The notes beneath the pieces were generated by a model. That model saw only the letters and a list, made by a program, of their open reading frames with translations. It ran no database searches and was not told where the DNA came from. Shown here piece after piece: positions 33,982 through 43,449 of a stretch of 64,000 nucleotides of DNA. How positions within the stretch are numbered: position 1 is the stretch's first letter; each line of letters starts with the position of its first letter. Source of the stretch: Pelagomonas calceolata (Eukaryota); contig CAKKNE010000004.1 in assembly GCA_918797485.1 (NCBI GenBank), positions 1,116,001 to 1,180,000 on the forward strand, read 5' to 3'. The translations under genes were made by a program, and so were the position numbers.

Positions 33982-35204
33982 GGTGTGAACGGAGGGGGCG
34001 TCGAGTCTCGAGCGCACCAAATTTGTAGCCGACCTTGCAATTTACAAGGAGCGGGCCATCGCGCTAAAATAAGCCGCCGCGCGGTCTTCGTAGCTTAGTG
34101 TAGGTGGGAGTGAAGACGTTGCGCAGCAGCGGAGGGCTGGGGGCGCACTAGGGGTCTGGGATAGGCGTTTTTTGTCGCGCCTCCAGAGGAACGCGCTTCA
34201 GGTAGAGATACGCGGCGGCGTCGCTTGAAGGCGTCGCCACAGGTCAAAGGGGTTGCCAGGGGCCCGCCGAGCCCTTCTTGGTACCTATGGCGAAAACTCC
34301 GGCTGGTAAAACCCGCACACAAAGAAAATTGATCAACCTTAGTTTCCCTTTGGGAATCATGACTATTTGACGCAGCCCCGTGGGAGAGAAACACCGCGCG
34401 CCGCCCATTCATCGGCGGCGGGCGCTTCCCTCGCCTCTCATAACAGCATACCTCCCACGCCCGCCGTCGACGCGTCACCATCGCGACACGGCGTCGGGCG
34501 CCACGATACGGCGGCACGCGGCCCGTACATAGTACCGACATAAGACCCCCAGAAATGAACACTAGGATTTAAGGTCATCAACACAATATCTTACGTTCTT
34601 GGGGGGATATCGCGGACGGGGCGGGAAGGAATGATGAGGTGCGCAGACGAAGCGCGTTCGACGAGCGAGCGGCACCAGGCATCGTCACCGTGCCGCGGCC
34701 GCGGCCGCCGCCCAGGCGTTCGCCTCGGCCGACGCGCACCGCGCCCACGCCGGGCGCCGCCAAGTCTCCGTCATTGCGGTCGCGCCGCGGGGACGCGCGG
34801 TAGCTTCGCGCCACGCGTTCGCCTCCACCGAGGCTGCCCGGACCCAGGATCGCTGCCAGGTCTCGTCGCTTGCCGCAGAGGCACTGGCTGCCATCCATGC
34901 CAAGGATTCGGCCGACGCTGCCCGTGTCCAGGTGGGCTTCTGCCACGTTTCGTTGTTCATCTTTGATTCTATTAGTGTCGAAATTGGTGCACTCTGCTGC
35001 GAGATGCGGATCTGACTTGATATGTTTGTGCTTTTATGCTGCCCTCTCAGGAAGCTTCCTGAAAGCCCAGGCAACTTCTCACTTCTCGGGGCTCATCCGT
35101 CCTCAGAATCGGCCAGGCCGCCCAGGCGAGGCCTCCGGACGCCTCGCCGCGACGGATGCACGCAGCATGTCCGGTCTTGTACACACTCCGCGTCCTGGTC
35201 ACAG

Positions 35205-35315
35205 CGTAGGTCCTACGTCAGGCTACGTAGGTACCTACGCAGATCGTGGAGGCCGTAGGTACCTACGTAGGTACATTTGGAGAAGCTACCTACGTCAGGC
35301 TCCACCTACGCAGAG
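35205..35315. repeat. Cluster of CGTAGGTACCTACG palindromes and CTACGT short repeats
   Basis: Perfect 14-bp palindrome at 35226-35239 and 35254-35267, plus several half copies. Confidence 0.75.
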
Positions 35316-35411
35316 ACCAGGCTCCGCGTCGCGTCGACGGCGCGCGGAGGCGTGTGAAGCGGCCCAGGGACCAGGAGCGGGTCCAGACGAGGGAAAAGAA
35401 GCCCCACATAA

Positions 35412-37019
35412 TTACCTCCCCCGCACCGACGGCCGCGCCGCGCACGCCGACGCCAGCTCGTCGACGAACGCCCGGACGTCGTCCACATCTTTCAGCGTGT
35501 GCGTCGCGTGCGTCGCCCGCGGCCGCTCGACCTTATCGCCCGACGGACACACGAGCACGGAAACGGCGCCGAAGGGCGCGATCGCTTTGAAAGCATCTTC
35601 ATCGGTGACGTCGTCGCCCACATACACGGGCAGGACACCCCCGTACCACTCGTCCTCCGTAAAACCCGCTATTCGCTCCTCTGGCACGCCGTCGTCGTCG
35701 CCATATTCATCAAAGTCCGTTTCTCTGCGTCGCAGTAGCTCCAGTAAATAGAGAACCGCTTCGCCCTTGTCCCATTTTACGTCAGGTCTCAGTTCGTAGA
35801 CGCACTTGCCGGAATTCTTTCTTAAAACACCGGCGAAGGGCGCTTCGCGTAGTGTCGAGTCGACGATGGCCTCGACGGCGGGCCTGTCTGTCGGTGCGAC
35901 GTTGCGCCAGTGCACGCTCACGGAGAAGCGGTTGTCCTCGACGCTCGAGCCCTCGATGACTTGTAGTCTCTCTATAAGTAAATCTCTCGCTGCTCTCAAT
36001 ACAGGAACCATCTCGCTGCTCACGGAGTGGCGGAGGCCTGCGGGCGGTCGGTCGCGGCGGGCTCTCGCGGCGACGGCGTACCGGTGGGGACTCTCTCGCG
36101 GCCGCGGCGGCGGCGTCGCGGTTGACGCACGCCGTCGACGTGACTCTGCGGCGCCGGCGTAGCGGTGGCGCGCCGACGAGGTGAACGCACGCCATCGACG
36201 CGACGCCGCGACGCCATCGCCGCGACGCCCTCGACGCCAGCGCCGGAATAAAATCGGACGCTTCGTCGATGGCGCACGACGGCATAAAAAAGAGGACGCC
36301 GCATGAAGACCGCCCGGCCCGTCGATGTCAAAGCCGTGCGACCCCGCGTAGTACAGCTCGGGCAGCTGCACGAAGTTCCGGAGTTTTTCCCTAGCGCGTC
36401 CGGACACGATCGCGACCGTCGCTCTATCACTTAATTTCCCGACCGCGTCTCGCATATGATCAGACAAAGTAGCGGCGTCGGGATCCGACACGATCGGTGT
36501 TAAAGTTCCATCATAATCTAAAAAGACGACGAGCTGCCTCCTACCCGCTCGTAGAGCTTGAGCGATGCCGCGCGCGGACTGCAACTCGCGCCAGTCCGAA
36601 CAAGGAGCCGTTCTGGGGGGAGGCGGCGGCATCCTAGGTTTGGGAGGCGGCTTCGGCACGCTTTTTCTCCGACGTTGCCAGCGCGGCGACTGACTGAGCG
36701 ACTGCTTCAGTTCCGAAAGAGCGTGTTCACTGTCGTCCCTCGAGATCTTGCCCGGGAGCGAGTTCGCTCGCCTAGGCGGCTTCGACGTCGAAAGCCCGAA
36801 CCAGCCCGAGAGACGTCTCCTTAAAGCCGACATCGGCGTTTCGCGGATGGAATTCTCGCTCCGCTGCTTCTGGGGCTTCGGGACGGGATGGTGGCCGTTC
36901 GGGCGGTAGCCGGGGATGTTGTTCTGCCGCGCGAACTTCGCGACCTCGGACATCTTTTTGATGCTATCGTCGTCCTCGAGACTTAGGTCGGCGATGCCGT
37001 TGCGCGGCGTCGAGGCCAT
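35412..37019 (-). CDS. Trehalose-6-phosphate phosphatase; in-frame intron 36038-36310
   Basis: FLDYDGTLTPIV, AIVSGR, YAGSHGFDI, WDKGEAV, GDDVTDEDAF. Confidence 0.92.
   Translation of the reverse strand: MASTPRNGIADLSLEDDDSIKKMSEVAKFARQNNIPGYRPNGHHPVPKPQKQRSENSIRETPMSALRRRLSGWFGLSTSKPPRRANSLPGKISRDDSEHALSELKQSLSQSPRWQRRRKSVPKPPPKPRMPPPPPRTAPCSDWRELQSARGIAQALRAGRRQLVVFLDYDGTLTPIVSDPDAATLSDHMRDAVGKLSDRATVAIVSGRAREKLRNFVQLPELYYAGSHGFDIDGPGGLHAASSFLCRRAPSTKRPILFRRWRRGRRGDGVAASRRWRAFTSSARHRYAGAAESRRRRASTATPPPRPRESPHRYAVAARARRDRPPAGLRHSVSSEMVPVLRAARDLLIERLQVIEGSSVEDNRFSVSVHWRNVAPTDRPAVEAIVDSTLREAPFAGVLRKNSGKCVYELRPDVKWDKGEAVLYLLELLRRRETDFDEYGDDDGVPEERIAGFTEDEWYGGVLPVYVGDDVTDEDAFKAIAPFGAVSVLVCPSGDKVERPRATHATHTLKDVDDVRAFVDELASACAARPSVRGR
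36038..36310 (-). mobile_element. Introner family B intron (273 nt, in frame)
   Basis: GTCTTCATG + CGGCGTCC...CCGCAG; multiple hairpin modules; removal gives DIDGPG|GLRHSV. Confidence 0.8.
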
Positions 37020-37524
37020 GGTTTCTTGGCGTCTGGCGCAGCGCGGTGCTGCGGTTCGTATGAGTCGAGCGTTATCGGTGCGGGCCCATCTTCCTGCCGC
37101 TTTTATGCTGCGTGCTCCGGCACAGTGCTCTGGGTTACAAATTTGAGGCGGGCGTACACCCCAGCTTCGTGCGCTTGCGAATACTGCCTCTGCGCAATGA
37201 GGACCTCAGAGTTGTCACACACACAATATCAATGCTTCAAACGCACGGAGCACTGGGCACTTGCCCAAAAAACCGAGCGTGGCCTGCAGGCTAGTGCCTC
37301 TGTCATGCTACGGCGCGCGCACCGATGACGGGCGGAACGCCTCGCTGGGGGCGGTCCGCGACGGCCTCGGGGGCGACGCGAGCCGTCCTAGGCGCCTAGG
37401 GCGGAACCGCGGCCCGCGCGGTGCACGCCATCGACGCGACCCGAAAGGATCGGGGGAACGGCTTCTTACGCCGGCGGCGGGTACCTCTTTCTACGTCCGC
37501 CGGGCGGGCACCGCGATATCCACA

Positions 37525-38554
37525 CTACTGGACGGGTGCGCGGCGGAACGCCCTAGCGGACGCTCGTAAACCCGGGCGGAGCACGCCGCCGTCGGCGAAG
37601 CGCCGCGCGAAGGCCGCGAAGGCCAGGGGCCGGCGTCTCAACGCAGCGGGCGCGCCCACATACAACGCGTAGATCGCCTCGGCGTCCGCGCCCGTCGCGG
37701 CGGCGCCGTACAGCTCCAGTCCCGCCACGAACGCGTCGTACGACAGGTCGCGGCGGTCGTCGGCCTGCAGCCGGCGCAGCGCGAGCCAGGACCGGGCGAT
37801 CGTCTCGTGGGCCGCTAGCAGGCCCTCGCGGAACGCCGCATCAGCAGCGGCCGCGGAGAAGCCCTGTTCCGGTTCTGGAATTTCAGGCTCGGGGTTGACG
37901 GGGTTCCGCTCCCTTTCCGGCGCGGCGTCGCCGTACGGCACGCGCCTCCCGTCGAGCGCCGCGGCGAAGGCCGCGTAGGAGACCTCCTCTTCACCATTGC
38001 CCAGCGAGCGCGCGAGCGCCCGCGCCTCGCTTCCGTCGAGGTCGACGGCGAAGAGGTCCCGGAAGGCCTTCCTCAAACACTGCGGCGTGACGCTTTGTGC
38101 GTCGGGCCCGCCTGCGTCGTATCGCGTGACGCGCGTCGCGAAGGACACCAGACGCGGACGCGGGACGCAGACGCAGCGCGAGGAACGCGGCGCGCGCCGA
38201 CCGCCAGCGCGTCGCGCGGCCGCCCCGCAGCAGCTCGAGGCAGGCCCGCGTCACGTCGTCGTCATCTTCGTCATCCGAAGCGGCCTCATCGCTCCAGGCC
38301 ACATCAGCCTCAGTCTCGCTCTCGACGTCGGCCGCGCCCGGCGACCAGCTGACGCGGCGGTTGGAGCCCGGGTGCTCGGCGAGGGGCTCGAGGGCCTCGC
38401 GGCGCGGGGCCGCCGCCGCGGGCACCCAGGGCGGCGCGCGCGGCGAGTCGGCTTCCGGACACGCGGCGGTGGCCGCGGGTGCCCACGGGTCGTCGCCGCC
38501 GAGGAGCTCGGCGGGGAAGTTCGCGCTCGGCTTGCGCGCGGGGTCGAGGACCAT
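37525..38554 (-). CDS. Hypothetical EF-hand-like protein; intron about 38112-38172
   Basis: Two overlapping ORFs joined by GTCTGCGT...GACGCAG; EEVSYAAFAAAL and LSYDAFVAGL are EF-hand-like helices. Confidence 0.5.
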
Positions 38555-39247
38555 GCTTTTTTCTTGGCGCGCGCGGTGCCACGCGGAGGTGCAGATGTCC
38601 CGCGTCGCTTGCGATGGACGCGGCGGCGCGCGGCGGCGGGCGCTGGTCAGTGGTCACCCTGGAGTGTTCAAACCTCGAACTGAGTCAACTGACGCGCGTC
38701 GCGGACCGAACCAGCCGGCGGCGCGCGGTAGAGATTGACGAGAGAGTGGTGCGCCACGCAGGTGGCCCGACGGGTGGCCGCGGTCAAAGTTGTGCGCAAA
38801 TCGACTTGAAAAACCCGTTTTGATCACGGGTACGAGTGCGAGCGCGTGCTGCCCGGCGGCAGACGAATAAAAAAGCCTCCCCAACACGGGGTCGGCGGCG
38901 GGTCCGAGAAGCAGGGCGCGGCGCGCTCCGCTGGCGCGCACGAGCAAGGGAGAGGGCCCGCGACGCGCCCGGAGGACGTACCGCCGGCGCAGGAACGACG
39001 TCCCGCCGACACGCCGTCGCCCCCCGGGGGGTGAGTGCTCCGCCTCCGACCCCGCACGAAATTTATACTGCGGCCTGCCGGTCGAGCGCCGCGCGGACCG
39101 GATCGCCTTTGGGCGGCTGCCGCGAGCACGTGGGAGCCGTGCGCACGCAGCAACGTCCGGGCAGAGAAGCCCAGACAAAGCAGCCCGGACCAAGCAGCCC
39201 GGACAAAGCAGCCAGACACGGGCAGCCGAGGCGAGGCGGCAGCCACC

Positions 39248-42108
39248 ATGCCTCCGAAGGGCGACGAGGACTTCGTGCCCAAGAAGAAGGAGGGCGAATG
39301 TGTGAAAGTCGTCGTGCGCGTAAGACCGCTCTCCAGGAAGGAGATCCAGGACGGCCACGACGAAGCTACAAAAGCTGATGAGGATAGCGGTAGAATAACC
39401 TGCCAGAACCCGAAGGCCGATGCGGACGAGCCGCCCAAGACCTTTACGTTCGATGCGGTGTTTGCCCCAACAATAACCCAGAGGAAGCTGTACGACGTCT
39501 GTTCCGCGCCGGTTGTTGCTTCCGTCTTGGAAGGATTCAATGGGACGATCTTCGCCTACGGCCAGACGGGTGCCGGGAAAACGTTTACCATGGAGGGCGT
39601 GCAAGATCCCCCTGAATTGAGGGGCATCATCCCGAACGCGTTTCAACAAATATTCGACCGCGTCGCGTTAGCGGCAGAAGGCGTGCAATTTTTAGTCAGA
39701 GCCTCCTACCTCGAGATCTACAACGAGGAGGTGCGCGACCTGCTGGCCAAGGACCCGAAGAACCGGCTCGACCTCAAGGAGAACGTCGACTCAGGCGTCT
39801 ACGTCAAGGACCTGACGTCGTTCATCGTCCGATCGCGGCGTCCCGTGCGGTGCCTTCGACTCGTCTGCAGGAATGATGGCCGTGGGTGGTTTTATTTTCG
39901 AGTTCCGCGCAGGTGAAGTCCTCGCACGAAATTGATCAAGTGATGCAGGCGGGCAAGAAGAACCGGAGCGTGGGCGCGACGGCGATGAATGCTGGCTCTT
40001 CCAGATCACATGCCATTTTTACGATCATCGTCGAGTGCTGCGATTCGACGGGTACGGTCCGAACTGGCGAGCACATTACCGTCGGGAAGCTGAATCTGGT
40101 CGATCTCGCCGGTAGTGAACGACAGTCGAAGACGCAGGCTACCGGTGATCGGCTCAAGGAGGCCACGAAGATCAATTTGTCGCTGTCTGCGCTGGGGAAC
40201 GTCATCAGTGCTCTAGTCGACGGCAAGTCGCAGCACATTCCCTACCGCGACTCGAAACTCACAAGATTGCTCCAGGACTCGCTGGGCGGGAACACGAAGA
40301 CCGTCATGTGCGCGAACTGCGGCCCCGCGGGCTACAACTACGACGAGACCGTGTCGACGCTGCGCTACGCTAATAGAGCCAAGAACATCAAGAACAAGCC
40401 CAAGATCAACGAGGACCCGAAGGACGCCATGCTCCGCGAGTTCCAGGACGAGATCGCCCGCCTCAAGGCGCAGCTCCAAGGGAAGGGGACGTACGACGAG
40501 AACGGCGAGTGGCAGGGTGCGGACTCGGCGTCCCGTCACGCCATCGACGCGACTCGCCTCTAGGGTTTCTTTGTCGATCTTGGGCCGCTTCGGACCACGC
40601 GAGCGTCTTCCGCGCCCCGCAGGCGAGCAGAAGGAGTACAAGGAGGTGGAAAAGATCGTCCACAAGGAGGTCATCAAGGAGGTGACCGTGGGCGTGTCCG
40701 AGGAGGAGCTGTCGAAGGTCCGCGGCCGTGTGGAAATCGACCGGTGAGCGTCGCGGAAGCTCACTCGCGCCGATGGCGTGGAAGCGCAACGCCATCGAGC
40801 AGACGCAGTCACGGGGACAACGTCGCGTCGATGGCGTGGAATCTACACGCCATCGAGCAGACGCAGGAATGGGGGCAATCTCGCGTCGATGGCGTGGAAT
40901 CTACACGCCATCGAGCACATGCAGTCACGGGGACAACATCGCCGCGCAGGTCCACGCCGAGGCGGAGCGGAAGAAGGAGGAGATCCGTGAGCGGGCCGAG
41001 CGCCAGCTCGCCGCCGAGTTGGAGCGCCAGGCCGCGACGGAAGAGGAGCGCGAGCGCCTCCGGGCCGACCTCGTCCGCCAAGAGACGGAGCGCAAGAACG
41101 CGTCGCAGCGGAAACGCCAACTAGCGGCCAAACTGAAAGGCATGGAGAACAAGTTGTTGAAAGGAGGGCAATTGTTGGACAAAGCCGCCACCCAGGAAGC
41201 CGAGCTGCGGAAGGCCAAGCAGGAGCTCACGCGCAAGCAAGAAGCCGAGAGGAGGATGGCGAACGAGATGCGCGCGCCCGTGTCCTTCGCGAGCCTCCAC
41301 GCCATCGAGCCGGCGACAACGTCGATGGCGTGGAACCTGTGAGCCTCCACGCCATCGAGCAGATGCAGTTGCGGGGACGACGTCGCGTCGGTGGCGGAGA
41401 ACCTCCACTCCATCGAGCAGACACAACCACGGTCATCGACGCGTCGACGCCATCGAGCAGATGCACATGTGATTCCCACGCAGGCGGGACCAGGAGTCCA
41501 AGAAGGCCGAGGCCGAAGAAAAATTCGGGTCCATCGAGGAGGAAGTGGAAAAGAAGACGCGGAAGCTCGAGAAACTCATAAGAAAAGTCTCCGAGGCGGA
41601 GCGGGAAGTGTCCGATCTCAGTTCCGAATTTCAAAGAGAGCGCGAGGAGATGTTGGACACTATTAGACAGTTAGCGAGACAAATAAAACTGAAGGATTGT
41701 ATCTTGGAGGGCTTTGCTCCATCGCACAAAGTGAAACAGCTCGAAGCACGAGCCGAGTGGAATGATGACACTTGGCGGCTGAAGCCCCTCGAAAACACAT
41801 TGATAAGGAGGCCGCACTCCACCAAAGGCTTGCGGCGGCCCGAGACGGAGTATGCACGCCATAGAGCGCAGTACGACCCCGATACTCGTTATAAAGCCGA
41901 GAACATCGTGTTGCTGGATCTCGAGAACGTGGAACGGACGACGCAGGACTACGCGGGGCCGGACATGCGGAGCCACTGTCAGGTTATTCTGGAGACGTCT
42001 CTCGATCAAGAGGATGTGTATGTCGAGGGCGCGGGGCCGCGCGTCGACGTCGTCGACGAGGAGCCCGTCGTGCGGCCGCGGACGGGCCGAAGGCGGGCGC
42101 GGCGCTAG
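39248..42108 (+). CDS. Kinesin-II motor subunit (KIF3/FLA8-FLA10 type); introns 39827-39912, 40517-40622, 40718-40949, 41270-41483
   Basis: [50 protein letters not shown], coiled coil, [12 protein letters not shown] tail. Confidence 0.92.
39827..39912 (+). mobile_element. Introner family B intron
   Basis: GTCCGATCG + CGGCGTCCCG; core CGGTGCCTTCGAC..TCGTCT.CAGGAATGATGG..GTGGGTGGTTT shared with intron 49244-49356. Confidence 0.8.
40517..40622 (+). mobile_element. Introner family B intron
   Basis: GTGCGGACT + CGGCGTCCCG + CACGCCATCGACGCGACTCG...TTCGGACC...CCGCAG. Confidence 0.8.
40718..40949 (+). mobile_element. Introner family A intron with internal tandem hairpin modules
   Basis: TSD GTCCGCGG/GTCCACGC; 5' TIR CCGTGTGGAAATCGA; tandem units of about 58 nt. 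Confidence 0.85.
41270..41483 (+). mobile_element. Introner family A intron, GC-AG
   Basis: AT|GCGCGCGC CCGTGT...GATTCCCACGCAG|G restores NEMRDQESKK. Confidence 0.75.
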
Positions 42109-42518
42109 GGCGGTTCGGGGTGGGCGTAAACCTGATGGGGTCCCGGAGGAGCGGGTACTATGCGCGTCCGACGCCTGAGGGGTCTAAGTAGTCAGTCGGT
42201 TCGTAGTCGGTGTAGTCTGAGACCGGAAATCGACGTATCTCTCCGAGCTGGATCAATCCCCAGAGTTCCTAGGAAGTATCCATACCCGCAAACTTTCGGT
42301 ACTTTCGGCGATACCACGCCCGGAAAAGTATCCGAGGCTCCACTTACTGGTCTTTTGACCTAGTCATGGCCTGGGAACGGCCCCAGGATGTACTGGGCAG
42401 CGTGGGAAGGCCCCAAAACCACGTATAGTACCCCCGGGCTGCCCCGGCCCCCTGGCTGATTCAGAAGTAGTCGGACCCCGGATTTCGACCACTATCTCAG
42501 GCCACCCGAAGCTCTTGA

Positions 42519-43020
42519 ACTCGCCGAATCGTGAGACCTCACTGATTGATCTGCGCACAGGCCGATGCCGACGCCGCAGCCGACGCCGGCTCCGACGCCT
42601 GCTCCGACGCCCGCTCCGACGCCGGCTCCGACGCCGGCTCCGACGCCCGCTCCGACGCCGCAGCCGACGCCGATGCCGACGCCGGCTCCGACGCCTGCTC
42701 CGACGCCGGCTCCGACGCCGGCCCCGACGCCCGCGCCGACGCAAGTACCAGCGCATAAAATCACACCGCCGCCGACTCGCCGAATCGTGAGACTTCACTG
42801 ATTGATCTGCGCACAGGCCGATGCCGACGCCGCAGCCGACGCCGTACCCGACGCCGGCTCCGACGCCGGCCCCGACGCCCGCGCCGACGCAAGTACCAGT
42901 GCATAAAAATCACACCGCCGCCACCTCGCCGAATCGTGAGACCTCACTGATTGATCTGCTCACAGGCCGATGCCGACGCCGCAGCCGACGCCGATGCCGA
43001 CGCCGGCTCCGACGCCCGCT
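42519..43020 (+). repeat. Tandem array of a constant 76-77-nt intron-like unit alternating with (CCGACGCCGGCT)n Pro-Thr exons
   Basis: CTCGCCGAATCGTGAGAC(C/T)TCACTGATTGATCTGC(G/T)CACAG three times; exons 42561-42740, 42817-42888 and 42966 to about 43019. Confidence 0.9.
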
Positions 43021-43449
43021 CGTCGCGCGTGGTCTCCTTCATTTTTTTGGGATCCGGCGCGTAGGCCGGGCCGGGGAACAGGGGGACCACAGGTAGGCCC
43101 GTTCAATCAGCGGCCGTGTTTATGGTCGTGCGAGAGGCCGAGCACAGCAGTTTCGATTTATATCAATCTTAGGTCGCTGGGGTCGGCTCGTCGGCGGTGG
43201 TCAAGACGCGTCGCGAAGGGCTAGACCCTGAGCCGTGTTTCGTCCACGAGAAGGGTGAAAAACAGCTGGATAGGCCCGACAAAGCTGAGCTTGCAGCAGG
43301 GCGTGCTAGTGTCTTACAGTACGCTAGCTCGCGGATTTCCCGGCGTAGCTGTACAAGGGCGTTGCACGTCGCCTCGGCCGCCTGGGAACACCCGGACAAC
43401 TCATATACCACATGCGGTCATTATGAAACTCATCCTTACGCCTAATAAA

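Noticed and set aside
34095..35150. Several 110-290 aa ORFs
   Set aside because: No recognisable domain or consistent codon bias; left unannotated
42519..43020. Constant repeat with intervening segments, superficially like a CRISPR array
   Set aside because: The repeat is 76-77 nt with splice signals, the spacers are copies of one 12-nt minisatellite rather than unique sequences, there are no cas genes, and the context is eukaryotic
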